Below, one piece after another: positions 1 to 17,879 of a DNA stretch of 64,000 bases; positions within the stretch are counted from its first letter, which is position 1; each line of letters opens with the position of its first letter. The DNA comes from Eledone cirrhosa (taxonomy: Eukaryota), in assembly GCA_964016885.1 (NCBI GenBank), contig OZ024748.1, positions 53,196,001 through 53,260,000 on the forward strand, read 5' to 3'. Position numbers and translations under genes: made by a program. The notes beneath the pieces were generated by a model. That model saw only the letters and a program-made list of their open reading frames with translations, was not told the origin of the DNA and ran no database searches.

Positions 1-300
1 AAATGAGGTTTATTTTTTCAACATAGTCCCTGGAAAGAAGCAATGCAGTTATTAATAAGAAGAGTTGAAATTAATTCATGCAAGATTACACAGCTCTAGC
101 ATCACTCCTTCATTGGCTAACCAAGATACTCTCATGGAATGATCAAGATACTTTCATGGAATGACCAAATAAGGTTTATTTTTCATCATAGTCCCCGGAA
201 GGAAACAATGCTGTTACTAAGAAGAGTTGAAATTAAGGCATGCAAGATTTCACAGCTCTAGCATCACTCCTTTATGGTTAGTTTATGAACTTTTCAGCTG
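1..300 (-). mobile_element. Tandem dimer of a mariner-type MITE (same family as 24771-24965)
   Basis: About 1-118 and 167-300 are diverged direct copies of each other (aaatgaggtttatttttcaacatagtccc...cacagctctagcatcactcc). Both match the reverse complement of 24771-24965. Confidence 0.65.
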
Positions 301-502
301 TCAATACAATGCCAGACTATTACCACCATCTTCGTAACACCGCTCCACAATCACAACCAACACTACCATAACAAACAACAGGAGGAGGAGGAGAGAAAAG
401 TACAGATATACGTATCAAAGTCTGTGATATCACTCTCTTTAGTTGTCTCATTCTGTCACCCCCCCCCCCCCTCTCTCTCTCTCTCTCGTTGTCTCATTCT
501 GT

Positions 503-552
<50 letters not shown>

Positions 553-663
553 ATCCTGTCATCCCTCTCTCTCTCTCTCAAATTGTATCAGAAATTTAAT
601 GTAGATATAATGTCAATTCCATTTCATCAAAAACATTTATATCGATGTTTATATATATATACA

Positions 664-712
664 TGTAATGTCAATCAGTGTGTGTGCGCGTATATATATA
701 TGTATATATATG

Positions 713-759
<47 letters not shown>

Positions 760-785
760 GCGCACACACACTGATTGACGTTACA
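664..785. repeat. Fold-back palindrome centred on (TA)n
   Basis: tgtaatgtcaatcagtgtgtgtgcgcgt ... acgcgcacacacactgattgacgttaca: 28-bp arms with 1 mismatch around a TA-rich tract. Confidence 0.85.
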
Positions 786-862
786 AAATTAAAAACAAGA
801 TCAAAATATGTACCAGTACACATGGTGTATATTTTGGATATGTACGTATGCACGTATATATA

Positions 863-903
<41 letters not shown>

Positions 904-1992
904 TTAAGATATACATATAATTGCTGGCGCACACATACACACACATGTATGTATATATATATATATATATACACACTTCATCTAACATACATATACAGAG
1001 TCACATTTGACATTCTCATAGACACAGCCACATTAGCGCGCGCACATATCCACATTAAAGTATCTTATTGATTTACCAATAAGACTATTCCTTCTGGTCC
1101 TATCCAAACTCACTTTATATACTTCAGTATATCTCCCGTGGGTAAAACATGCTCAGACCAATCTCTCTATGCTATTTCTTCAAACACGACATTTTTGGCA
1201 TCCTATCTACAAAATGATGATGATGATGATGATTGAATAAGATAAAACGAGAAAAGAAAAAGACAGCTTTTTCGATTCCTTCATATACAGTCCACAAAGA
1301 TATTCCGTAACCATTTTCCTCGCTTGTCTCCTGATAAAAAAAATAATAAATAAATACAAAAATAAACATAAAATGGTTACAAAATAAATATATAGAAAGC
1401 GAAATAAAAAGAGTAAAAATTAGTAGAAACAAAATAAGAAAAAACAAATAAGAGAACGGAATGTGACATTGGATGTTCGGTTCCCCTTATCAGTGAATCC
1501 ACTTCATGTATATTACTCACGTATAGCTAACATGGTTCTAAGGAGTGAACGAGATGTGTATTTGAGCAGGGACTAACAGATACAGGAATTGGAAATATAT
1601 AGCCACAATTATACAAGTATGACCAAAATAATTACACATTCTATTATTCTTTTATTGCTTTCAGTCATTAAACTTTCGCCATGTTGGGCATCGCCATCAA
1701 GAGTGGTTTTTGTTGTTGTTGTCTGTGTCTTTTATTATTTTATTATATTGAAACCAGTAAATGTATGTGAGATTAGTACGTATTTTATTGATTTCTATTT
1801 ATTGAATGGTTAAGCTTTGTGTTTTTGACATATAGGGTTACATGACACACCGGTTTACATAGGTATACAAAACCCAAAGCAAGGACACACATATACATGC
1901 ATGCATACATACATACATACATACATACATACATACATACATACATACATACATACATACATACATACATACATACATACATACATACATAC

Positions 1993-2503
1993 GTGGAAGC
2001 TGGCTGTCCAGCAGATGCCAATATAATATCAAATATTAGCGAAAAGGAGAATATTTATGCAGAACTGATGAGAAATCTGCAGATACTCTACTCTGATTAC
2101 ACCTTCAGATTTATACCTGTGATTATTGGGGCACTGGGATATGTTAGTAACTGCCTTAATACAAATCTTGAGAAGCTAGGCTTCACAGGAACAGAAAGAA
2201 CACAACTAGTTAAGAAACTACAAGTACAATCCATTAATGGAACAGTAAAAATATGTAAAACATTCCAAAAATGTTGCATCTAATAACTGCATATATACTT
2301 GTACAGATGCAAAGCATATACACATGCACGCATACAACTCAAAACATCCATATCCACACATACAATAACATCCATATCTACACATGCATACATACATATC
2401 TACCTAGTTGATGTTCTGTAAATTCCAATGAGAGTCTTGTGTCTGTTAGAAACCGACTCTCTCTCTATTGGTAAAACTTTGTGAAATTATAAAACCAGAA
2501 GAA
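1993..2503 (+). mobile_element. 5'-truncated R4/Dong-like non-LTR retrotransposon (C-terminal restriction-like endonuclease plus 3' UTR), flanked on both sides by (CATA)n
   Basis: Open frame [49 protein letters not shown]...GTVKICKTF* (stop 2281-2283) fits the RLE C-terminus pattern E..CP...KE.KY..L......P.IIGALG. (CATA)n lies at ~1903-1992 and 2504-2599. Confidence 0.8.
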
Positions 2504-2569
2504 CATACATACATACATACATACATACATACATACATACATACATACATACATACATACATACATACA

Positions 2570-2599
<30 letters not shown>

Positions 2600-2600
<1 letters not shown>

Positions 2601-2677
2601 TGGGTTGTCTAGTATGGAATTTGTAGAAATTTCCTTTTTTCTACAAATTTCTACAAATTTCATACTTGACGATCCAA
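2600..2677. mobile_element. Tiny Tc1/mariner-type MITE
   Basis: Imperfect terminal inverted repeats ttgggttgtctagtatggaatttgtagaaa / tttctacaaatttcatacttgacgatccaa, flanked by TA. Confidence 0.6.
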
Positions 2678-2705
2678 TATATATATATAAAATTAATATA
2701 GAAAA

Positions 2706-2750
2706 GGCTTCTACAGGACTAGAACTGTTTCATTCGGGAGAAATCATCAG
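2706..2750 (-). ncRNA. Minimal hammerhead ribozyme core, 5' strand of stem I lost (Penelope-like terminus)
   Basis: Minus strand reads CUGAUGA-uuucucccgaau-GAAAC-ag-uucuaguc-cu-GUA-gaagcc. The same family recurs at 15741-15860. Confidence 0.6.
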
Positions 2751-2835
2751 TGGTGGTGGTGGTGGTAGTAGTGGTGGTAGTAGTAGTAGTTGTATATGTG
2801 GTAGCAGTAGTGGTGGTAATGGTAGTAGTAGTAGC

Positions 2836-2872
<37 letters not shown>

Positions 2873-3430
2873 GTACTATAGTAGTTGCATGTGTGGTAGT
2901 AGTAGTAGCAGTAGTGGTGGGAGTGGTGGTAGTAATAGTAGTAGTACTATGGTAGTTGTATATGTGGTAGTAATAGTAGTAGTAGTAGTTGTATATGTGG
3001 TAGTAATAGTAGTAGTTGTATATGTGGTAGTAATAGTAGTAGTAGTAGTTGTATATGTGGTAGTAGTGGTGGTGGTGGAGGTAGTAAAGATGATAGACAA
3101 TGTTAGTAGAGTTATAAGGTATGTAATACACAATTTAATTACTTTAATGTATATAATGTATATAATGTATATAATGTATATATATATAGTATATAATGTA
3201 TATAATGTATATATATATATATAGTATATAATGTATATAATGTATATAATGTATATATATATATATAGTATATAATGTATATCATGTATATATATGTATA
3301 TAATGTATATAATGTATGTATATATATATATATAGTATATAATGTATATAATGTATATCATGTATGTATATATATATATATAGTATATAATGTATATAAT
3401 GTATATCATGTATATAGTATATATACATAG
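2750..3430. repeat. (GTA/GTG)n and (TATAATGTA)n simple repeats
   Basis: Direct reading. Confidence 0.9.
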
Positions 3431-3502
3431 CAAAACAGAGAAAACAATTGAGAGAGCCTTGGAGATTTACAGTTGTGTGTGGATATGTAGGTGAACGTCT
3501 AG

Positions 3503-3559
<57 letters not shown>

Positions 3560-3777
3560 TGTGTGGGAACGTCTAGTTATATATATATATGTATATATAT
3601 GTGTGTGTGTGTGTGGATATAGATGTGAACGTCTAGCTATATATATATGTATGTATATATGTGTGTGTGTGTGTGTGGATATGTATGTGAATGTCTAGCT
3701 ATATGTGTGTGTGTGTGTGTGTGTGTGGATATGTATGTTAACGTGTAGCTATATATATGTATATATATATGTGTGTG

Positions 3778-4585
3778 TGGTACATTTGTGACACCAGCAC
3801 TACCACATTACAGTGTGGTGGGTGGTACATTTGTGACACCAGCACTACCACATTACAGTGTGGTGGGTGGTACATTTGTGACACCAGCACTACCACATTA
3901 CAGTGTGGTGGGTGGTACATTTGTGACACCAGCACTACCACATTACAGTGTGGTGGGTGGTACATTTGTGACACCAGCACTACCACATTACAGTGTGGTT
4001 AGTGGTATATTTGTGACACCAGCACTACCACATTACAGTGTGGTGGGTGGTACATTTGTGACACCAGCACTACCACATTACAGTGTGGTGGGTGGTACAT
4101 TTGTGACACCAGCACTACCACATTACAGTGTGGTGGGTGGTACATTTGTGACACCAGCACTACCACATTACAGTGTGGTGGGTGGTACATTTGTGACACC
4201 AGCACTACCACATTACAGTGTGGTGGGTGGTACATTTGTGACACCAGCACTACCACATTACAGTGTGGTGGGTGGTACATTTGTGACACCAGCACTACCA
4301 CATTACAGTGTGGTTAGTGGTATATTTGTGACACCAGCACTACCACATTACAGTGTGGTGGGTGGTACATTTGTGACACCAGCACTACCACATTACAGTG
4401 TGGTTAGTGGTACATTTGTGACACCAGCACTACCACTTTACAGTGTGATTAGTGGTACATTTGTGACACCAGCACTACCACATTACAGTGTGGTTAGTGG
4501 TACATTTGTGACACCAGCACTACCACTTTACAGTATGGGTTGTGTGTATTTGTACCTGGTACCAGCACTACCATTTTAAAGTGTG
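3778..4585. repeat. 45-bp minisatellite, ~18 copies
   Basis: Unit ggtacatttgtgacaccagcactaccacattacagtgtggtgggt; 15-aa periodicity in the ORF track. Confidence 0.95.
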
Positions 4586-4890
4586 GGTTGATTACATTTT
4601 ATTTTAGATGAGGAGGCAGTGATAGAATTATGATCGAAGACTCCGATCTCACACACACTTCTAAGAACCTTTGTTAAGTTATGTTCCACATAGCTTAATA
4701 ATGAGTAAGTTATGTTGTTAAATCCCATCAATTTCTCGATCATTTGAAAATCCTTGTCATTATCTTCCATTAGAAATATGGTAACAAAAGAGTTAAGATA
4801 AGAACGTTGATAACTAATATCAGGGACTTTAGTTATTTTCATTTTTCTTCTAATTTCAAGTGGATACCTTCCTGTGTGTATATATATATA

Positions 4891-5714
4891 TCTGTATATA
4901 TATAAAATTAAGTATGTGTGTGTGTCTGTGGATTACCTATAGGGGCCTACATCTTACGACCGATTTTCATGAAACTTTACAGGCTCATAGATTAGTTATC
5001 GGGGAGTGTTTTCTATATATCAGCGTATCGTTTTTTATTCCGGGGTCATTCTACAGATAAAAATCGATAGGGGGGGAGGTCACCTTTTTTTAGGTTTCGA
5101 AAAATAAGATTTTTGGCTCTAGCTCCCACATTTTGCCACCAATTTCGTTCAAATTTTAAAGCAAAATAGAATATATCATTGCACATCATGTAAGGCCTTT
5201 ATATTTTGCATTTGTTGTTCAGGGACCGCGTGGCAGCCGCTTAAATATTCAAAAATACCACTTTTAGACTCCAATTTCCACTTTTTCAGCTCTAGCTCCC
5301 ACATTAATCAACCTACTTTGTTCAAATTTTACACTACCCTAGATCTGATTATTTCATGTCTTAAAGTGGCTTTACATTTTGGATTTGTTGTTCAGGAATG
5401 GCGTGGCAGCCGCTTAAATATTCGAAAATACCACCTTTTCGCTCAAATTTCCGCCTTTTCGGCTCTAGCTCCCACATTTTTCAATCGATTTCGTTCAAAT
5501 TCGAAACTTCGGCTCCACCTCACACATAAATCGATTTATTTGGTTCAACTTTTATACTACGATAGAACCTATCATTAGCTCCGACATTTTTCAACCGATT
5601 TCGTTCAAATTCGAAACTTCGGCTCCACCTCACACATAAATTACGATTTCCACAACGTCCTTTTAAAAGCAACCATCTCCAATTGATCCTGTTGGATCCC
5701 CAACCGAAAGCTAG
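4891..5714 (+). mobile_element. Putative non-autonomous Helitron-like element with internal tandem subrepeats
   Basis: Starts A|TCTGTATATATATAAAA..gtgtgtgtgtctgt. Contains internal ~175-bp repeats (tttgttgttcagg..gcgtggcagccgcttaaatattc..ctctagctcccacatt) and a duplicated tcgttcaaattcgaaacttcggctccacctcacacataaat. Possible end is hairpin gttgg-atcc-ccaac (5691-5704) then CTAG|T. Confidence 0.45.
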
Positions 5715-5893
5715 TGACTTCAAACCGTGTTATCCAACCATCTTACTCGACGTTTCACCTGGTGCCTCCTGCAGATTGGCTTTACATGTAAAATCTGTCC
5801 AGTTATTCTTTTATAACACTGATGTATATATTATTTTACTCTTTTACTGCTTTCCTCTAATGAGTTGTAGCCTTTCACGTTTAGCCCCATTAA

Positions 5894-6072
5894 TTGGCAG
5901 TATCGGTAGAGGGTCGGACGCCATGCTTTCCAGCATAGTTACGTCCCTTTACGATCCGAGTTCAAATCCCGCCGAGGTTGACTTTGCCTTTCATCCTTAC
6001 GGGGTCGATAAAATAAAGTACCAGTAATGCACTGGGTAATTGCTGGCCTTGTGCCAAAAGTAGACACAATTA
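5894..6072 (+). mobile_element. tRNA-derived SINE, family A
   Basis: A-box-like tggcagtatcgg, B-box gagttcaaatcc, core gcctttcatccttacggggtcgataaaataaagtaccag, tail ggccttgtgccaaaagtag. Confidence 0.85.
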
Positions 6073-6164
6073 ATGGTGTGGACAACTTGGTGCCTTAAAT
6101 TAATGAAGGAGAACCTTTAATATATCTGCCTCCACAATATAACTTTATCCGGAATGTGAAATGT

Positions 6165-6460
6165 TTCTCGGGTGTTTTAATGAAAGGGTCCCCAGTCCTA
6201 TAATGTTGTTACACCTCAAGCATTCGCGGACTCAGCTGTCCCCTCAGGTGTTTTAATGAAAGGGCCCGCAGTCGTATAATGTTGTTACACCTCAAGCAAA
6301 CGTGGGCTCAGCTGTCCTCTCAGGTGTTTTAATGAAGGGTCCCCAGTCCTTATAATGTTGTTACACCTCAAGCATACGGGGGCTCAGCTGGCCTCTCATG
6401 GGGCTGCATCTCATAGAAGTTTTCTCGGGTGTTTTAATGAGGGGTCACAATCCCAGTCTA
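6165..6460. repeat. ~75-bp tandem repeat, 3-4 diverged copies
   Basis: Unit ggtgttttaatgaaagggtccccagtcctataatgttgttacacctcaagc...ctcagctgtc. Confidence 0.85.
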
Positions 6461-6629
6461 CCCCGATTCCTACCAGGTCTATGCAGTATAGCCTAGGCCA
6501 GAGATTTACATCATCACCATTAACATCAGCAGGCTTATCACTGCACCGTGCCACCATTAGCCATTCACGTCATCACTTGTCATCTCTATTATCTTGTTCT
6601 GTACTACCAAAAACATTATCAATACCAGT

Positions 6630-12230
<5,601 letters not shown>

Positions 12231-12686
12231 TTATATATCTATGTATATACACAGTAGCAACAGCTGTGCCTCCCCTTCCATCCACCAGGGCCACCACCAC
12301 CACCGCCCCCTCCACTAGGCCACCACCACTGCCCCCTCCACCAGACCACAATCCCACCTCCGCCAATCATGACCATTCAACCCATTTATCAAGCCAGCAG
12401 CCATTTCCCTGTACACATCAAACAACCACAGCAAACACTTAATTGCTTCTACGACTCTGCTATTACTAATATCGTGAAGAGATGGTGGTGTGGTGTGTTG
12501 TGGTGTGGTACGGTCTGTGGTCGGTGGTGGTGTCGGTGATGGTAGCGTTACGGGTGTTGGTGTTGGTGTAGGTTTGTAGTTGCACCCAAGTAAACAAATC
12601 TGGTCGCTGATGGTTTCCTACTCATGACCTCATCATTTTTCGACCACCAACAATCTACCTCTACCAGACACTGAACAACATTAAGA

Positions 12687-12763
<77 letters not shown>

Positions 12764-13269
12764 AAGCAAAACAAAAATATGCAAAATAATAAAACAAAAA
12801 GAAAACTTAAAGAAATAACCGAGAAAAAATTATAAAGAAACCTATAAAAATAAAGTTAATGATAATAATAAAGTTAATAGCACTATTAATATTAAATTTT
12901 TTATTTGCCACAAGAGCAAATAAAAGAACAAGTTACAACATGAAGGTAGGGGGGGGGGGTACATTAAAATGAAAAAAAAAAAAGAATTTTCCATTGGAAG
13001 TAATAAGCCTGCAAGATATTTGTTGCATGTAGGAGCATGGGTGGTGTGTATGGTGTAGGAGGAAATGCAGGCAGTGTTGATTTAATTAGATTGGACCACC
13101 CTCATTTCATTCTCTTTCCTCAGTACTTGACTGTTAATACTTATCTTATCTAACCGCCTTCACAAGCACACCACATAACCTGAAGGATGGATAAAAAACA
13201 AATTTGTACCTGATATGATTTGAACTTGTAACGTCTCGAGTCGTAACTGTCAGGAATTTTGTTTTTAGT

Positions 13270-13790
13270 CGTGTTATATATAGAAAAACACTCCATTCCA
13301 CGTTGCTCCAGTACAGTATACTCAGTTGAAAACGAGTACCAGCAATAGGTGGGGGTTTAATTCTGCGATGGACTGGCGTCCTGTCCAGGAAGGCTTTTGT
13401 ACTCTGTCGCTTCACGCCATGAAACTAGGATAAACACCGACCTTACGAGCCTTAAATAGCTTAAGACAAACTTTAAACTTTAGACTATATATAATCTGAT
13501 TGCGTAGATACAGCATGGCCGTATGGTTAAGAGGTTCTGTTTACAACTATTATGTCCCAGGCTCGATTTCACTGCAGAGACTGTTTGGAAGCCCAACAGT
13601 CTCTGCAAAGGAGCATGTCAAGGGTCATGTCTTGTCACACACTGCGTCAAGTTCAATGCATCTCTGGGAATTAAAGGTTAACATTAAGGGTATGGGCAGG
13701 TGTTTTGATGGAGTACTTAGACAGGTACACAGTTCATAAGTAGACTGTTTGTTCCGTTGATCAAACAGCTGGAACACTCATCGGGATGAA
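13270..13790 (+). mobile_element. Degenerate tRNA-SINE family B fragments
   Basis: tccacgttgctccagtac..actcagttgaaaacgagtaccagcaataggtgggggtttaa matches 42110-42350. A second head (catggccgtatggttaag..ggctcgatttc) lies at ~13510. Confidence 0.55.
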
Positions 13791-13794
13791 TGTA

Positions 13795-14616
13795 TTAGTG
13801 GTAGTAGTAGTGGTAGTAGTAGTAGTAGTAGTAGTGGTAGTGGTAGTGGTAGTAGTAGTAGTGGTAGTAGTAGTAGTGGTAGTAGTAGTAGTGGTAGTAG
13901 CAGTGGTAGTAGCAGTGGTAGTAGCAGTGGTAGTAGTAGTGGTAGTAGCAGTGGTAGTAGCAGTGGTAGTAGCAGTGGTAGTAGCAGTGGTAGTAGCAGT
14001 GGTAGTAGCAGTGGTAGTAGCAGTGGTAGTGGTAGTAGTAGTGGTAGTAGTAGTGGTAGTAGTAGTGGTAGTAGCAGTGGTAGTAGCAGTGGTAGTAGCA
14101 GTGGTAGTAGCAGTGGTAGTAGCAGTGGTAGTAGCAGTGGTAGTAGCAGTGGTAGTAGCAGTGGTAGTAGCAGTGGTAGTAGCAGTGGTAGTAGCAGTGG
14201 TAGTAGCAGTGGTAGTAGCAGTGGTAGTAGCAGTGGTAGTAGCAGTGGTAGTAGCAGTGGTAGTAGCAGTGGTAGTAGCAGTGGTAGTAGCAGTGGTAGT
14301 AGCAGCTGTGTCCTCTTTGCTGCTTTGGAAACCTGCACCTATCTCAAGATGAAAGGGTCGCAGCAAGTTCTCATATCCAGATGTCACAACCAAGGATGTT
14401 TGTGTTCCCATTCAGATCCTAGCTATTGCCATGAGTGACAGACCCACGTAGGGATCAATCGCTGAGTCTATTTCGGCCGTCTGCAGGATGAGTATTGGCA
14501 GTAGTAGTAGTGGTAGTGGTAGTAGTAGTACTAAGTGGTAGTAGTAGTGGCAGTAGTAATAGTAATAGTGGTGGCAGTGGTGGTAGTAGTAGTGGTGGTA
14601 GTAGTAGTGACAGTAA

Positions 14617-14656
<40 letters not shown>

Positions 14657-15305
14657 GGTGACAGTAGTAGTGGTGGTGGTGGTGACAGTAGTAGTGGTGG
14701 TGGTGGTGACAGTAGTAGTGGTGGTAGTGGTAGTGACAGTAGTAGTGGTGGTAGTAGTAGTGGTGGTAGTAGTAGTGACAGTAATAGTAGTAGTAGTAGT
14801 AGTGGTGGTGGTGGTGACAGTAGTAGTGGTGGTGGTGGTGGTGACAGTAGTAGTGGTGGTAGTGGTAGTGACAGTAGTAGTGGTGGTAGTAGTAGTGACA
14901 TAGTAGTAGTGGCAGTGGCAGTAGTAATAGCGGTAATAGTGGCAGTAGTAGTAATAGTGGCGGTAGTAGTGGCAGTAGTAGTGGCAGTAGCAGTAGTAGT
15001 GGCAGTAATAGAAGTGGTAGTAGTGGTAGTAGTAATAGCGGTAGTAGTGGCAGTAGTAATAGTGGCGGTAGTAGTGGCAGTAGTAGTGGCAGTAGTAATA
15101 GTGGCGGTAGTAGTGGCAGTAGTAGTGGCAGTAGTAGTAGAAGTAGTAATAGTAGTAGTAGTAATAGTGGTAGTAGTAATAGTGGTGGTAGTAGTAGTAG
15201 AAGTAGTAATAGTAATAGTAGTAGTAATAGTGGTGGTGGGGGTGGTAGTAGTAATAGTGGTGGTAGTAGTGGCAGTAATAGTAGAAGTGGTAGTAGTGGT
15301 AGTTT
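13795..15305. repeat. (GTA/GTG)-based arrays, including the 12-bp unit gtggtagtagca
   Basis: Direct reading; interrupted by ~190 bp of unique sequence at 14305-14495. Confidence 0.9.
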
Positions 15306-15495
15306 ATTTCCTACCAGAGTACAACTGTTGAGGTAACATAACTAGAGATGGTACAAACATACACACTGAAGTTCATCTCAGAAGGATGTTCAAGATGGCG
15401 TGGTCTGAGATATGTTAATTCATACAGTCAGCCAGATCAATAGTTGATTGATCAGATATTGTAATCAAAGACAATCAGCAAAAGATTGTTTCTTT

Positions 15496-15533
<38 letters not shown>

Positions 15534-15740
15534 GGAAAAAATGAAATTTCATTTCTCACTCTTAGTACGGCTGATACTTAAATATAAGTATGTATACGTA
15601 TATCTATAAAGACGTACATACATATATGTATAAAGACGTACATATATATATGTGTGTGCATGTATGTATGTATGTATGTACATGCTACTGTACGTCTGTA
15701 TACATATATGTATGTACGTATATATATATTTATATATATT

Positions 15741-15860
15741 TATTTAATAGAGAAATGGCTTCTACAGGACTAGAACTGTTTCATTCGAGGAGAGATTTCC
15801 TAATGATTTCCTTCGATTGAAACAGTTCTAGTCCTGTTCAAGCCAATTTTATATTAAATA
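15741..15860. mobile_element. Fold-back Penelope-like terminus containing a mutated hammerhead
   Basis: Arms tatttaatagagaaatggcttctacaggactagaactgtttcattcgagg / ccttcgattgaaacagttctagtcctgttcaagccaattttatattaaata. The plus strand has CTAATGA...GAAAC ag..ct GTT. Confidence 0.6.
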
Positions 15861-16065
15861 TTTATACTCTGCTATGTATTGAGTATCTTACTTACTGTGG
15901 TTACCCCCGATTGAACCCAACACGCACGCACATACATACATACATACATACATACATACATACATACATACATACATACATACATACATACATACGTACG
16001 TACGTACATAATACATACATACATACATACATACATACATACATACATACATACATACATACATA

Positions 16066-16407
16066 CCATATTTACCGGCCTAATGAACACACTTATTTTC
16101 CTCAAAAACATATATACATATCCTGCCTGCGTCCAATACGCCTGTATCATTGATGGGAGGCCAAACGGAAGAAGGGGAACAATCATGGTTTAAAATATTC
16201 AGTTTGTATTACTAATAGTATTACTAGTACAGTAATACAATTTATATAAGTAAAATGGTGTTGAATTTATATGAGTTTCTGAAAAAACAATGATATTGTT
16301 TGATAAATTTATGAAGAGATGTACGAAAATTATTGTTTCTCAAAATGTTCTTGTGAAACTAGGGAACGTCTTATACGACGGAGCGTCCAGTAGTTCAGAA
16401 AATACGG
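16066..16407. mobile_element. pogo/Tc1-type MITE
   Basis: TA|ccatatttaccggcct ... cgtcttatacgacggagcgtccagtagttcagaaaatacgg|TA imperfect terminal inverted repeats. Confidence 0.55.
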
Positions 16408-16576
16408 TATATCATTTCGAAAATACAACACTTTAATTGTAAAAAACAGATAATTAGTATCTAAATATGTCGACCTGTAAATAGAAACAACTGGAATGTG
16501 GAAACTAAAAAAAAAAAAAAAAACGTATATACGTAGCCGGCCTCTCTGACTTTTACGAAGTGCTGCAGAAATAAAG

Positions 16577-16785
16577 TTAATATAAAGAGTATTGTCCTCA
16601 TGCGTGGAGATGGTATATAATAGCTTATAAAATAAGGTGAAGACTCTTTAGAGACGAGAAAAGAAATTGATATCAGCCGATGGCAACTTGTTTTTCCGTC
16701 TTTAAAGAGTTTTCACCCTATTTTATAAGCTATTTAGTAATATCACCCCACATGTACACATCACTCTTTATGAAAAATTAATTTG
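16577..16785. repeat. Imperfect fold-back palindrome (MITE-like)
   Basis: atagcttataaaataaggtgaagactctttagagacg... versus ...cgtctttaaagagttttcaccctattttataagctat. Confidence 0.75.
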
Positions 16786-16844
16786 ATCTTGAATGAATCC
16801 TTGACCAGCCACTGCTGGCTTATCTTTGGTGATTGTAGGCCTAC

Positions 16845-17200
16845 CTCTCAATACAGACCATTGCTGGGTTGTCTGTGCTAGTTGTAGGACGTCCTCTCAA
16901 CACAGGTCATTTATGGATTCTCTGTGGTGATTGTATGCCGTCCCCTCAACAGAGACCACTGCTTGGTTTTCTATGCTGGTTGTATGCCGTCCTCTCAACA
17001 GAGACCATTGCTTGGTTTTCTATGCTGGTTGTATGCCGTCCCCTCAACAGAGACCATTGCTTGGTTTTCTATGCTGGTTGTATGCCGTCCTCTCAACAGA
17101 GACCATTGCTTGGTTTTCTATGCTGGTTGTATGCCGTCCTCTCAACAGAGACCATTGCTTGGTTTTCTATGCTGGTTGTATGCCGTCCTCTCAACACAGT
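16845..17200. repeat. 49-bp minisatellite, ~7 copies
   Basis: Unit cagagaccattgcttggttttctatgctggttgtatgccgtcctctcaa. Confidence 0.95.
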
Positions 17201-17573
17201 CCATTTTAACTTTCTTTGATTAACTCTAGCCATTGCCACACAGCTCGACGGAATTTGAACTTAGAGGTCAACAAACTGGAGCAGACACTGTGAGGCATCG
17301 CATCCGTCTCTCTAGCAATTCTAGCAATCCACGACACTGGTCCACTATTTTAGTTAGCAATACCAGGAATAACAGCAACTACAACAACTACTACAACAGC
17401 AACAGCTACAACAGCTACAACAACAGCTAGAACAGGAACTGCACAACAGCAACAGCAATAACAGCTACAAACACTACAACAACAGCTAGAACAGCAACAA
17501 CAACAAAAACAACAGCAACAACAGAAACAACCACACAACTACAACAGCAACAACCACCACCACACAATTACAA

Positions 17574-17604
<31 letters not shown>

Positions 17605-17879
17605 AACAACCACCACCACCACCACACAATTGCAACAGCAGCAACAACAACAACCACCACCACAATTACAACAACAACAGCAACAACAACCACACAACTA
17701 CGTTTCGACATGTGTTTTCTTAATTAAACATTTAATACATAAATATAGACATGAGTTAAAGTTTTCAGAGAAAGAAAGAGCAGCCATTTGTGGTGGATAT
17801 AACATATTGTTTCTTATCACAGTAATTACAACATGGATGACTACAACTGGAATCTACATTACACTCTATCAATATTGCT

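Noticed and set aside
3773-4579. 268-aa ORF of 15-aa repeats
   Set aside because: It is a translation of the 45-bp minisatellite with no unique domain or splice context.
4576-4842. 88-aa minus-strand ORF with a GVFDHN motif reminiscent of the APE endonuclease SDH motif
   Set aside because: A single weak motif is not enough to call a LINE fragment.
12548-12671. Possible minus-strand exon after a ttgttcag acceptor (CLVEVDCWWSKNDEVMSRK...)
   Set aside because: No recognisable homology or partner exons; cannot be supported without RNA-seq.
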